Positions 1 to 10,195 of a DNA stretch of 64,000 nucleotides are shown one piece after another. The stretch spans positions 10,347 through 74,346 of the IMG/VR virus record IMGVR_UViG_3300011727_000029; one strand, written 5' to 3'. A program made the translations under genes and the position numbers. Each line of letters begins with the position of its first letter. The first letter of the stretch is position 1. A model generated the notes under the pieces. That model saw only the letters and a program-made list of their open reading frames with translations, was not told the origin of the DNA and did no database searches. The DNA comes from a virus (taxonomy: Duplodnaviria; Caudoviricetes).

Positions 1-1130
1 TCTATCAATGAGAATTCTTTAATCTTCCAATTGTTGGAAGGGTTTATATTTTCGTGATAATTCCAAAACAACTCTTTGAATAGCTTTTCAATTTTGGAGC
101 GATCTTGAGCGGTAAGTTTGTTATAAACTTTTTGCGCTTCAATAATATCTCCTCCAGAAGAATTTCCAAGTTTACCAGCGGTGTAGTCTATTAACTGAGG
201 TGGTACACCTTTGTAAGCCTTTCGAATAAAGTTTGCAGACGAAGTTTCAAAATGTAAGTATCTATCAGGTTTTTGATCAGATGAAATTTTATCAAATCTA
301 ATGTTTCCTTGCTCTTTCGATATAGAATCATCTTCCCAATCATCTTGAATGATTAACACAGATGAAGCATTTTCAACTCCTGTTACTTCTTTTAAATCGC
401 CTTTCAGTTTGTTTTCGTCATTCTTATTTTCAAATTCTCTATGCCTTACGATAACAAGATCATTAAATCCACGTGATACAGTAGCATTAAAGAAATTTCC
501 CATTTTATGCTCAACATCAGCAAACAGATATGATGATTCAATCAAAGGTTTTGCATAATCATATTTGTTCGATAATTTGAAATACAAAATTTGTCCGTTG
601 TAATTATCCCAACCACCATCGCGATCTACTTGTGTTTGAATAACTGAAGGACGTGGATTGTAGATGTCATAAATCTGAACTTCATCAGCTTTCAAATTTT
701 TCCCCCAACCGTTAGGAGAAACAACGATTTTACCTGAAAAGTTTTTAGAGTCTTTCTTTCCAATTTTACAACGTGTATATGGAAATACCTTAAACCCTAC
801 CTTTTCATAAAGTGCATTATATTGTACATGAATAAACACGCCTTGATGTCTTGCTATTGGTTCGCATACTTCATATAATAAATCATCTGGTGTAACTGTT
901 TCCCAAAAATCCTCTGAAACATCAACCTCGCTAAATTCAAATTCAAAACCTGCACCCCCTAAAAATGATTGGTACAGGTTGTTACATTGTAATGCAGTAG
1001 GTGACGAATCTATGAGATTTTCCGTAACAACATCACGAAGATTATCTTCACCATTGAAGATAATTCCGAAACGCTTGTTATAGATGCTTACAGGCTCTTT
1101 TTTATATTGTTCTACTACTTTACTCTTCAT
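1..1130 (-). CDS. Portal protein, partial (runs off window edge; absent from ORF track)
   Basis: Manual translation from ATG 1130 (MKSKVVEQYKKEPVSIYNKRFGIIFNGEDNL...) is open to position 1; portal-like size and position in the head module. Confidence 0.7.
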   Translation of the reverse strand, partial: MKSKVVEQYKKEPVSIYNKRFGIIFNGEDNLRDVVTENLIDSSPTALQCNNLYQSFLGGAGFEFEFSEVDVSEDFWETVTPDDLLYEVCEPIARHQGVFIHVQYNALYEKVGFKVFPYTRCKIGKKDSKNFSGKIVVSPNGWGKNLKADEVQIYDIYNPRPSVIQTQVDRDGGWDNYNGQILYFKLSNKYDYAKPLIESSYLFADVEHKMGNFFNATVSRGFNDLVIVRHREFENKNDENKLKGDLKEVTGVENASSVLIIQDDWEDDSISKEQGNIRFDKISSDQKPDRYLHFETSSANFIRKAYKGVPPQLIDYTAGKLGNSSGGDIIEAQKVYNKLTAQDRSKIEKLFKELFWNYHENINPSNNWKIKEFSLI

Positions 1131-1132
1131 GA

Positions 1133-1849
1133 TTAATCTACTTGTTCATCAGAAACTTCAGAAACTGAATCGACATCCAATTCATCTTCATTTTCGCCTG
1201 TATTTTGATTATTCTCATTTGATAAATCAGTAGAGTTTTCATTGTTTGAATCAGCAAGTTTTAATTCTTCAATACGCAAATTCAACGCGTCAATTACTTT
1301 TTCACGTGGTTTTGATTTTGCTTTTTCTTGAGTTAAATAAATTTCTGCTTCGTTTATTAACTCTAATTGAGGAATTAGTGGAAGGATGTCGTTTTGCTTT
1401 CTTTCGATGAATGGCTTTTCTACTTGTTCATCAGAGAGTAATTCGTCAATATTTTCAGGTAGTTTGCTGAATAATGACTTTCTATTTTCGTTTAGTTTGA
1501 TAAAACGAATTGCAACCTCGTCAGTTAAGTTTGCGTTTGAATAAGATTCTGAAGTTCCTGCAAAAATAATAACAGCCCCAGTATGTAATGTGAAATTTGA
1601 TTTTTGTGACATTTGTTCGATTTTAAAATTTTTAATTCGATGAATGTAACCAGCTATTTTCGCTGGGCACGTTGTGCATGTTTCTTGAAATAAAGCTTGA
1701 TGGACTTCAAATAGAATTTTTAAAAAGGGCGTGTTATTACTATCATGCCCTTTTAATATTTCTTCACTCGAAAGAGCTTGAAGTTCTTCAAGGTTTTTAA
1801 GAATTAGCTTCTGCTTCTTTGAATTCATTAGTAGTGATAAATGTTTCAA
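1133..1849 (-). CDS. Hypothetical virion-module protein with acidic low-complexity C-terminus
   Basis: ORF track 238 aa; real start probably the internal MNSKKQ. Confidence 0.6.
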   Translation of the reverse strand: MKHLSLLMNSKKQKLILKNLEELQALSSEEILKGHDSNNTPFLKILFEVHQALFQETCTTCPAKIAGYIHRIKNFKIEQMSQKSNFTLHTGAVIIFAGTSESYSNANLTDEVAIRFIKLNENRKSLFSKLPENIDELLSDEQVEKPFIERKQNDILPLIPQLELINEAEIYLTQEKAKSKPREKVIDALNLRIEELKLADSNNENSTDLSNENNQNTGENEDELDVDSVSEVSDEQVD

Positions 1850-2375
1850 TATCTGCCATTACAAGATTTTTCACTCTTGTACCTTCTTCTTGACCTTCTT
1901 CAGTAGCAACTGTTAAAGTTGCAGTTCCTGAATTAGCATTTGAATCGTAATCATCATTTGTGATTGACATTCCAGATTCAAATCCAGCAACGATGTAAGT
2001 GCCTTCTGTTTTCTTGTTAATTGTTACAACTTTTGCTCCGTCAACTAATTCTTGAACTCGCTCTGATTCATCAACACCTTGATTAGTTACTATGAATGTG
2101 TCAGTGTGAATATAACCGTTAGAGAAATCCCCAACTGACAAAGCATGAACAACTTGTTTATTTGAAGATTTTGGCGCTTCAGCAGGATATAGTTTCGCTC
2201 CGGTTTTTAAAACTAAAGTTGTGATTGTCGTTCCTCTGTTAGCTAGTTGAGTAGCTTCATAGTCAATTTCATCACGGTTTAAATACCACTTCTTATCAAT
2301 ACCTTGCTTTGGTGCGTGTCCGCATTTTTTTCTAAACGCTCCTGTTAATTTAGATTCGCAATTTTCTACTGCCAT
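1797..2375 (-). CDS. Putative major tail tube protein
   Basis: 192 aa, beta-rich, Cys near N-terminus, lies after the capsid gene. Confidence 0.5.
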   Translation of the reverse strand: MAVENCESKLTGAFRKKCGHAPKQGIDKKWYLNRDEIDYEATQLANRGTTITTLVLKTGAKLYPAEAPKSSNKQVVHALSVGDFSNGYIHTDTFIVTNQGVDESERVQELVDGAKVVTINKKTEGTYIVAGFESGMSITNDDYDSNANSGTATLTVATEEGQEEGTRVKNLVMADIETFITTNEFKEAEANS

Positions 2376-2408
2376 TTTACTAAAATTTAAAAGTTAAACA
2401 AACAGCTA

Positions 2409-3470
2409 TTAAATAGCTGCCTTAATTGCGTAAGGATTAACCATTTTAAAGTCTAACATGTAATTCGCTTTAATCCAAAATGTTTCTTCTTTCCCCCCGA
2501 TGTATTCAAGACGTAAGTCCTGTAAAGCAGCTTCAGAATCAACCCCAACTTGTAAGTATTCTTTACGTGAAAACAAAGCGAAGTGAGGTAAGTGAATTGA
2601 TGCAGGTGTGCCGGTAACGAAATCATTTTTCTTCCAACGATCATAATTTACAATAGGAACAATCTTCTCATTATCTACTGTTAAATCTCCAACCCCTTTT
2701 AAAGTGTTATCAATATTGCTTTGGATTCCATAGCCATTTGCTCTTTTTACCCATTTAGAGTAATTTTTAAACAAGCGATTAGAAGACAACATAATATCAC
2801 CGTCAAAATCATACGTGTCAACTACTTCTTCGTAAATATCAAGAGCATAATCAGCTGGAAGCTGTAACTGGTCTGCCATTGCTCCTGTATTCTTGCTTAA
2901 AGCAACGAAATTATCAGAGAATTCAGGCAAAGTTTTTAAATACATCAATGTTGGAATTAACCCTTTATCAATAGTATTGTAAAACTTAGCTTTCCCGGCT
3001 TCATCTGTTAAAATGTCCTGAGTTTCTATATCCTTGTCTCCTAATAAAACAATACGTTGTAAATCTAAAGACATGGCTTTTAAAACTAAATCTTGAATAA
3101 AAGCAGATAATTCTTCTGATTCAGATAAATCCTTAATGTCTGGTCCGTTGGCTAATTTCCATTGCGTAAAATGATTCATAAAATCAGTATAACAATAGTT
3201 TATCTTAACTTCTTGTAATTTTGGATTCCAATTTTGAGAAAAAGCAGGGAAATCAGGTGAAATACCTTCTCCACCACAACCTTGAGAAGCAGTAGTAATG
3301 TATTCAAATCCTTTCATTGCAGCCACTTGTTGGCCGCCTTTTATTCCGGGAACAATTGTAAAGAAATCACTTGTATTTTGTTGAAACAAATCATTTACAA
3401 CGATTTCTCTAATATCTTGAATAGCTCTTTCGTTAGTAGCTAATTCTTGAAATGTATTAACTAATGGCAT
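2409..3470 (-). CDS. Major capsid protein
   Basis: 353 aa directly downstream of the protease/scaffold gene; size and position typical. Confidence 0.75.
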   Translation of the reverse strand: MPLVNTFQELATNERAIQDIREIVVNDLFQQNTSDFFTIVPGIKGGQQVAAMKGFEYITTASQGCGGEGISPDFPAFSQNWNPKLQEVKINYCYTDFMNHFTQWKLANGPDIKDLSESEELSAFIQDLVLKAMSLDLQRIVLLGDKDIETQDILTDEAGKAKFYNTIDKGLIPTLMYLKTLPEFSDNFVALSKNTGAMADQLQLPADYALDIYEEVVDTYDFDGDIMLSSNRLFKNYSKWVKRANGYGIQSNIDNTLKGVGDLTVDNEKIVPIVNYDRWKKNDFVTGTPASIHLPHFALFSRKEYLQVGVDSEAALQDLRLEYIGGKEETFWIKANYMLDFKMVNPYAIKAAI

Positions 3471-3473
3471 AGA

Positions 3474-4691
3474 TTATTTTTTTCGATTATTTCTAAATTC
3501 TTTCACATTTTCAGAATTGTAACCTTCAGTTACTTTTCTTTTTCCTGTTTCTTCGGCTGGAGGAACTTCAGGAGTTTTTGACTTTACAGACTTAGCAAGT
3601 GTCGCATGTGATTTTTTGATGTCAACAATTTCATTTGCTAATGTTCCTAAAGATTCTTTCATTTCCTTTTGAAATCCTGCTAACAAAGATTTAAATTCTG
3701 TTAAGCCTTCTTCTTTGTTTTCCTCTTCAGGAGTTTCCTCTGGAGTGTCGCTCGCTGTTTTAATTTCAGTAATAACACCTCCTTCAACTTCGTAAGAAGT
3801 TTCTCCATCAGGTAATTTGTACTCTCCATCAGCTAATGAAGAACCTGACTCATCAATTACTTTATCTCCAACTTGTGGATTTTCTGCATCTGTTACAACA
3901 GTAACAACTTGCCCATCAGCAAGAGTTACGTCAACATCTTTGAACTTTCCACCTAAAATGGATTTTAAAAAATTATTCAACTTCATTTTAATATTTGATT
4001 TTTTGGATTTCTCCTTATTATAATTTTCGTATCGTTTCATAAAATCCTGAAGCAATTCAGGTTTTTCCTTGATTAATCCAAATACTTGAGGATTTGCATC
4101 TAAAAAAGCGGTCACTTGAATACCTAAGTCATCAGAAGATTTGAACAGATTATCAGTTGCACATGGACTGTCAACTAAATCAGATGCGTAAAAAGATTTA
4201 AGATTCGAATACAATTCAACTGGATAAGTAACTTGACCACTTGGATCATCTTCCATTGATGATTCGCAATGAAAATGAATTGAGTTACCGAACATATCAG
4301 AATTTTCTTCTGACATTTTCATAATGTAATCAAAGTATGAAATGCCTTGTCCTTCAACTTGAGTTTCTTTTGTGATTTCATCTAAGTGTAGATCAGCAAT
4401 CAGTTTATTTTTACCTTCGTCTTCGATAATTGAGAAGTTCTTGTATCTACCAATGAAAGTTCCAAGAGATGTTTTACACATATTTGGATGCCCAAATCTC
4501 GATTTAACGCCATTTGTTTGAGCCTGTGCATCATTAAGTAGTTCTTGCAAAAATTCTTTTGTAAAATAACAATCATCTTTGTCAAGTCCTTCTTGCACAA
4601 TCACAATGTTGTTAATAATACCGCTTTCACGATCTACATTAGCAGCTTGATTTTCAAATAATGGTAATGATTTTATATGTTTTTTGCTCAA
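3474..4691 (-). CDS. Prohead protease/scaffold fusion-like protein
   Basis: N-terminal globular domain (KSRFGHP...SIHF...DLVDSP) plus acidic coiled-coil C-terminus; track start 4709 overlaps a TAATTTTG -7 box, so TTG at 4691 (MSKKHIK) is preferred. Confidence 0.6.
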   Translation of the reverse strand: MSKKHIKSLPLFENQAANVDRESGIINNIVIVQEGLDKDDCYFTKEFLQELLNDAQAQTNGVKSRFGHPNMCKTSLGTFIGRYKNFSIIEDEGKNKLIADLHLDEITKETQVEGQGISYFDYIMKMSEENSDMFGNSIHFHCESSMEDDPSGQVTYPVELYSNLKSFYASDLVDSPCATDNLFKSSDDLGIQVTAFLDANPQVFGLIKEKPELLQDFMKRYENYNKEKSKKSNIKMKLNNFLKSILGGKFKDVDVTLADGQVVTVVTDAENPQVGDKVIDESGSSLADGEYKLPDGETSYEVEGGVITEIKTASDTPEETPEEENKEEGLTEFKSLLAGFQKEMKESLGTLANEIVDIKKSHATLAKSVKSKTPEVPPAEETGKRKVTEGYNSENVKEFRNNRKK

Positions 4692-4773
4692 CTCTTTGAT
4701 TTTTAACAAAATTAAGTTGAGAAATAGGCAAGTAGTAGGTCGTCATTTGTACCTAAATTTGTATATTTGAATT

Positions 4774-5022
4774 ATGACTAATGATGAAAAAATAGATATA
4801 CTATACTGGGATTTAATTGCTGCTGTTGATAAGGCAAAACAAAGTAATAATACTATAATCGAGTTAAAGCTTCCTATACATGGAGGTGAGCTATTGTATT
4901 GCGGTATATCGTACGATATAAATCTAATAAATAAAGAAGTTTTATCAAAATTTGATAAATATGATATTGGATTTTTTGAAGATAATAAAGGTTATTTCTA
5001 TATTCAAATAAAGGGGTTCTAA
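4774..5022 (+). CDS. Hypothetical protein, moron gene 1
   Basis: 82 aa, opposite strand to the virion genes, TATATTTG box at 4762-4769. Confidence 0.6.
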   Translation: MTNDEKIDILYWDLIAAVDKAKQSNNTIIELKLPIHGGELLYCGISYDINLINKEVLSKFDKYDIGFFEDNKGYFYIQIKGF

Positions 5023-5024
5023 TT

Positions 5025-5561
5025 ATGGAAATAATTCTTGGAATAGTTATATTGTATTTTATATTTTTCTTTCGTTATCATTCAAAAAAACGAAAGGAAA
5101 AACTTGCATCTATTCCAAAAGAAGAAATTAAAACTATTCCTATTCAGAGAAAGCAAAGAGGTAACTTGAGTAAATCAATTAATCTAAATTATGATTTCAG
5201 TATTTCCGAAATGAATAGGAAAAAAGACTATTTACAAGTTACATTATTGATTCATAATTTAAGTAAACAACCTGTTGAAGCACTTGTTAAAAATGCTTTC
5301 TATATTTCATCGAAAACAAAAACGCAATATGAAGGTGATTGTACTTATTTTTCTTATGCTAAACTAGGAGATAAAAGTATTGATTCAATTATTCTTCCAG
5401 GCTTCAATGTTAAGCGCGAATGTAACTTTTATCGTTTTGATCTAAATGAGTTTTACGACGAAGATTATATAATCATTCAAGCGATTTTCGACAATCAAAT
5501 TTATACATTAAAAAAACAAATATTTGAAACAGATTTACAAAAAGTTCAAGTCATTAAATAA
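5025..5561 (+). CDS. Hypothetical membrane-anchored protein, moron gene 2
   Basis: N-terminal hydrophobic helix (IILGIVILYFIFFF) followed by a basic stretch. Confidence 0.7.
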   Translation: MEIILGIVILYFIFFFRYHSKKRKEKLASIPKEEIKTIPIQRKQRGNLSKSINLNYDFSISEMNRKKDYLQVTLLIHNLSKQPVEALVKNAFYISSKTKTQYEGDCTYFSYAKLGDKSIDSIILPGFNVKRECNFYRFDLNEFYDEDYIIIQAIFDNQIYTLKKQIFETDLQKVQVIK

Positions 5562-6288
5562 ATTTGAAATAACTCTATTTATTTTAACAATTTTAGCAGG
5601 TTTAATTCTCTTCCAAATAGTACTTGATTTAACATGTGTTCCAAGCATATTTTCAAGTAATATAACATCAAATATCAATGAAGTGTTGAAAGACTTGTCA
5701 ATTGGAATTATCACAAGTTCAATATTTTATTTAATAATACAATGGTTTCCAGAAAGAATAAAGAGAAGTCAAGCATTAGAATTAAATTTAAATAATATTA
5801 ATAAAGTCATAAATATTATTGATCGCATAATTTCAATTTATCATAAAACCTACTTTAGTGATAAATCTCCTGAAGAATTAATTAAAGAAGATTTTTTATT
5901 AATTACAGGATTTGATTTATTTAAAAATAAAAATAAATATAATACAATTTGGAGTCAAAGTAATAGGTTAGAGATATTTTCATTAAATTTTGAATTAAAA
6001 AAATTAATTAATATTACAAATAAAATATTGTTGAATAATGAGGCATCTTTTATGAAAGATGATTTAAAAATACAATTCTATAATATTATTGATTTAGAAT
6101 TTTATGAATGGATTAAAGATTTACAATCTCTTTACGAATCACCACTTTTGTATAATCCTCAATTTGACAACAATTATTTAACAGGGTACAATATGATAGA
6201 AGATAATAAAACACTTGAAGAGTTTCAGAATCATCTATTTCAACTTTATGTTATAAATAATAAAATAAAGTCATTTCTTCAATCTTGA
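5524..6288 (+). CDS. Hypothetical protein with two N-terminal TM helices, moron gene 3
   Basis: 254 aa, two hydrophobic segments then a soluble domain; very AT-rich. Confidence 0.7.
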   Translation: MKQIYKKFKSLNKFEITLFILTILAGLILFQIVLDLTCVPSIFSSNITSNINEVLKDLSIGIITSSIFYLIIQWFPERIKRSQALELNLNNINKVINIIDRIISIYHKTYFSDKSPEELIKEDFLLITGFDLFKNKNKYNTIWSQSNRLEIFSLNFELKKLINITNKILLNNEASFMKDDLKIQFYNIIDLEFYEWIKDLQSLYESPLLYNPQFDNNYLTGYNMIEDNKTLEEFQNHLFQLYVINNKIKSFLQS

Positions 6289-6510
6289 AACAATCTTCTT
6301 AACACGTTCTGAAGAAAGCTTAAACACTTCAGCTGTTAACTCATACTTGCAGTAAACGCACAACTTTTCATCAAGATCAGAGAAGTATTCAAAAATTTCC
6401 AAATCACGCAACCATGTAGGAGCTACAACACCTAAGTCTTGTAGCTCTTTAATATCTTTTTCTTTTCTTTTTAATTTTACGTAAAGCATTACCATTTCTT
6501 TTTTGGGCAT
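6271..6510 (-). CDS. Small protein with putative C-terminal helix-turn-helix
   Basis: C-terminal ELTAEVFKLSSERVKKIV pattern. Confidence 0.5.
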   Translation of the reverse strand: MPKKEMVMLYVKLKRKEKDIKELQDLGVVAPTWLRDLEIFEYFSDLDEKLCVYCKYELTAEVFKLSSERVKKIVSRLKK

Positions 6511-6743
6511 TCATAATTCTTACTTCTAACTGCTGTCGATAACGGACACTTGCAGACACCACAATAATGTCCTTGAATCTCTTTAACCGAATAATCAGGA
6601 AGTACAGCTGTATGATTTCCGTGTTTTGCTTCCGGACATTCAGAACATATTTTAGCTCGTCTTTTTGCTTCAGTTAATTTTTCTCTGTTCATTGGGATCA
6701 AATAATTTCTCCAACCATTTAAAATGTCATCTACCTTCTTCAT
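6489..6743 (-). CDS. Small Cys-rich (CxxC...CxxCxC...C) protein, DUF6171-like
   Basis: CSECP...CGVCKCP...CPKKKW motif. Confidence 0.6.
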   Translation of the reverse strand: MKKVDDILNGWRNYLIPMNREKLTEAKRRAKICSECPEAKHGNHTAVLPDYSVKEIQGHYCGVCKCPLSTAVRSKNYECPKKKW

Positions 6744-9700
6744 TAGAAATTTGCTTTTTGTTCAACTTTTAGCAATCTACTTTGTGCGTCGTTTATTTCG
6801 GTTACAGCAACTTTTGGAGCTGGTAAGCTTCTGTTTGCTTGCGCTACATTTTGACCTATTTTAGAAGCCAGCAAGTCGTAATCGATTGATAAATTACCTT
6901 GTGGTTTTGCTGTGATAATTCCGCCATTTTGAAAAAATCTTGTTGAAGATTTATTCCCATTGATGGCTTTAAGTATTGGTAAATGCATTGCAGTTGATTT
7001 CTTATTTACAACAAATTCACCTCCTTCAGCTTCAAACCCTGGAGTACCCGCAACGGTGAAAGGAATTCCGCCTTGAGCATGTGAAGGACCTTCCAATAAT
7101 CCACCTTTTGCAAGTTTTGTTTTCTTGATATTTTTTACCGCTCCAAGACCAGAAGCTAATACAGTTGCTGTACTTGCAAGTTTTTGAATAGTCCCGAAAG
7201 GTTCCGGTAGCACAGATTTAGCAGACCAAACCTCCGTAATACCTTGATAAGTGTTGATTGTAGCTTGAGCAACCGCAGCTGCTTTTCCTGCTTTTGAATT
7301 TTCTCCTAATAATTGTGCAACTCCTCCAAATAAATCTGCAACAGAATTCATTTTAGCTGAGTTAACTTCCTTTTGAATATTTTTCGAAGTTTCCCCATGT
7401 TGAAACTCCAAAGTATCTTTTCTTACACGATATTGTTCCTCTGTGATTTCTTTGTTATCCAGTTGAGCTTTTAAAAGAACTAAATCATTTTGATGTTGAA
7501 GATTCTCGATTTCTTTTCTTTTCTCATATTCAGCAGTCGAATCCTGTTCGATTTTAAGAAGTTTGTTTTGAAATTCAACCTCTTGATTGATTTTATCAAC
7601 TTCCGCTTGATACGCTTTTCTATTTGCTTCCGCTTCACGTCTTGAAGCATCAAGCGTTGCATCATTTTCAAGTGTTTTTTGTTTATAATCTTGAAATACT
7701 ATTTCTTGTTGAGCTTTCGCATTTTCATTTGTAGTCGCAATGAATTTTGCTTTTTCAGCTTCTGATATTTTTAATAAACCTATTCTTTGAACCTCGGTTA
7801 ATCTATCGTTTTCAATTTTTTGTAAAGCAAGGCGTTTTTCCTCTTCAAGTTCTTTAGATCGGATTCTTTGCTTATCTTCAAAAAGTTTAAGGCTTGATTT
7901 ATAAACTTCCTCTGTGAATTTCTTTTCAAGTTTTAATTTCTCTTCACGATTTTTAATATCGTTTTCAAGTTCATTAAGAGCAAGTTTGATTTTCGAATCC
8001 GCAATTTCTTGTAGAACCTTAAGTTGTTTTTCTTCTTCTTTTCTTAACTCTTCTTGAATTTTCTTTTCCTCCTCAAGTGCTTTTTTTGCATCTTTGGATG
8101 ATTTCTTTTTTTTGTCTTTTGCTTTTGCGTTGTCTTCTGTAGCTTTTGTGTTTTTCTTTGTCTCATCAGTATTGTCAGCAACAGCAGATGTTAAAGATTT
8201 AGTATTTAATTCTATTTTCTTTAGTCGACTATTCATTGTTTGATCTACAGCGTTAGAGAAGTTGTCAGCAATTTGTGATGCTCCAGAGATAACTATATCT
8301 TTAATTCCTGTAAAACCTTCAGATAATGCGCTTTTCATCCCTGCTAAATCGAAAGTTAATAACGATGAAAATAATTTAGTGGTAGATTTAATACCGTTCC
8401 AAAGCAACTTCAAAGCGGACATCATAATAACAACTTGATTCTTCATTGCACTTCCCATTCCAGCTATAATAGCACGCAATGGCAAAGAGTTGTTATATGT
8501 TTCGATGAATCCGTTTGCAAATTCAATTGTACCATCAATTAACTTGATTAAAACGCCATTTAGCCATGCTTTCCCTTGAGCTTTCAACATTTCAAAAGTT
8601 CCTCCGGATTGATCAAATAATTGTGCCCATTTTTTCTCAAGCAATTGAGTTGTTTCTATTTCTAATTGTTGAGCTTTTTCGATGTCTGTTAACTCACGAT
8701 TAGTATTTGCAAGACCTTCGTTGATTGATTGTACAACTTTCTCATAGCCACCAGCGTCTTCACCCATTGCACCCATAACATTTGCAACAACAGCTCCGGT
8801 ATCTTCATATGTTAACCCTAAGTCTTTTCCTTTCGTGATAAGTTTATCTAATGCTTGCCTTCCGTTTATTTCACCTTTTTCATAAGCAGATATTAACCCG
8901 TTTGTGAACTCAGTTCCAAAAGTTTGATTCATAGAATCTCTAGCTGCTTTTGGCAAATCATTGAATCTTATCGAAAACTCCTTTACAGTATCAATTAACT
9001 TATCTTTATACGCCCCTCCCTTTGCTCCAGCTTCCATTATAGAAAAGAACTCATCAGCTGAATAACCCATGTTATCGAAATGAGTAACATATTCTGATGT
9101 GTTATCAAAATAATCATCCGCCGCCTCTCCAGTTCTAATAAATCCATTTTGGACTTTTTGAAATGCTTCATCATAAGATATTTGATAAGCTTTTGCAGTG
9201 GCTACAACAGAAGAAAGAACAGCTTTTTCACTTTCTCCTGATACTTCAGCTAATTCACGCGTCTTCACCGTTAGGCTTTGTAATTCATCACCCGCAAGCC
9301 CTGTAAATTGTTGAACTAATCTTGTTGATTTTGACATTTCAAGATTATAATCATACCACATTTTAGTAACTGCTGCAATCCCGGCAAGCGCAGCAATTGT
9401 TGCTCCGATTGGATTCATTAATAATGCGACGAATTGAGCATATAATCCTTTGAAAGCAGTAGTTAAGGCAGGAACAACAGGTTCACCTGCTTTTAAAGAC
9501 GAGAATAAATCTTCAAGTTGACCGCGATAATCTCCAACATTACCTTGATGAACCCCCATTGTAGCATTAAGTTCTTTTAATTCCTTGTCTTGTTGATCAA
9601 TAATTTTTGATAATTCACGTGATGCAACAGAATTTTCACGAATATCGGCTGGTAAACCTCTGTATATTTTACGATTGTTAGCTAATGCTTGCGTCAACTG

Positions 9701-10195
9701 CTCTTGAGATCCGTCTGTAGTTTTTATTATTTTAAGATTTTCCTCAAAAGTTTTATTAACAACATCAACTTGCCTTTTAAGAGTAGCATATTCTTTTTGC
9801 TCTTTTCTTAATTCAGAAGATTGAAACTCTAATTGCTTTCTGTAGTTTTCTTGCGACTTAGTCAATGACTCGACCATTGATTTAGATTCGCTATACTTTT
9901 GTTTTTGTTGATCAATTTGATGAAGTAAAATTCCTCCTACATCTGCATTAGCTTTTTGTTCTGAAGAAAGTTTGTTGTATTGATCCTCCATTCGTGTAAT
10001 TGCTTTATTGGCAATTTCCATTTCAGAAGAATTGTCTTTAATCAATTTTTGATTTTCCTTTATTCCGTTTGAATACTTTTTTACCTGTGCTTGGAGTTGC
10101 TCTACACTTTTTTTTGATTCTGCTGCCTTTTTTAGCATCAAATCAATATCCAAATCCAACTCCATTAATCTAATCTTCTCTGCTCCGTTTGCCAT
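6743..10195 (-). CDS. Tail tape measure protein
   Basis: 1150 aa, long coiled coils, Ala/Gly-rich amphipathic repeats, C-terminal GG...GPSH..GG...EGGE motif. Confidence 0.9.
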   Translation of the reverse strand: MANGAEKIRLMELDLDIDLMLKKAAESKKSVEQLQAQVKKYSNGIKENQKLIKDNSSEMEIANKAITRMEDQYNKLSSEQKANADVGGILLHQIDQQKQKYSESKSMVESLTKSQENYRKQLEFQSSELRKEQKEYATLKRQVDVVNKTFEENLKIIKTTDGSQEQLTQALANNRKIYRGLPADIRENSVASRELSKIIDQQDKELKELNATMGVHQGNVGDYRGQLEDLFSSLKAGEPVVPALTTAFKGLYAQFVALLMNPIGATIAALAGIAAVTKMWYDYNLEMSKSTRLVQQFTGLAGDELQSLTVKTRELAEVSGESEKAVLSSVVATAKAYQISYDEAFQKVQNGFIRTGEAADDYFDNTSEYVTHFDNMGYSADEFFSIMEAGAKGGAYKDKLIDTVKEFSIRFNDLPKAARDSMNQTFGTEFTNGLISAYEKGEINGRQALDKLITKGKDLGLTYEDTGAVVANVMGAMGEDAGGYEKVVQSINEGLANTNRELTDIEKAQQLEIETTQLLEKKWAQLFDQSGGTFEMLKAQGKAWLNGVLIKLIDGTIEFANGFIETYNNSLPLRAIIAGMGSAMKNQVVIMMSALKLLWNGIKSTTKLFSSLLTFDLAGMKSALSEGFTGIKDIVISGASQIADNFSNAVDQTMNSRLKKIELNTKSLTSAVADNTDETKKNTKATEDNAKAKDKKKKSSKDAKKALEEEKKIQEELRKEEEKQLKVLQEIADSKIKLALNELENDIKNREEKLKLEKKFTEEVYKSSLKLFEDKQRIRSKELEEEKRLALQKIENDRLTEVQRIGLLKISEAEKAKFIATTNENAKAQQEIVFQDYKQKTLENDATLDASRREAEANRKAYQAEVDKINQEVEFQNKLLKIEQDSTAEYEKRKEIENLQHQNDLVLLKAQLDNKEITEEQYRVRKDTLEFQHGETSKNIQKEVNSAKMNSVADLFGGVAQLLGENSKAGKAAAVAQATINTYQGITEVWSAKSVLPEPFGTIQKLASTATVLASGLGAVKNIKKTKLAKGGLLEGPSHAQGGIPFTVAGTPGFEAEGGEFVVNKKSTAMHLPILKAINGNKSSTRFFQNGGIITAKPQGNLSIDYDLLASKIGQNVAQANRSLPAPKVAVTEINDAQSRLLKVEQKANF

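Noticed and set aside
349-558. Plus-strand 69-aa ORF in the track
   Set aside because: Shadow of the portal gene, which is open on the minus strand from 1130 to the window edge.
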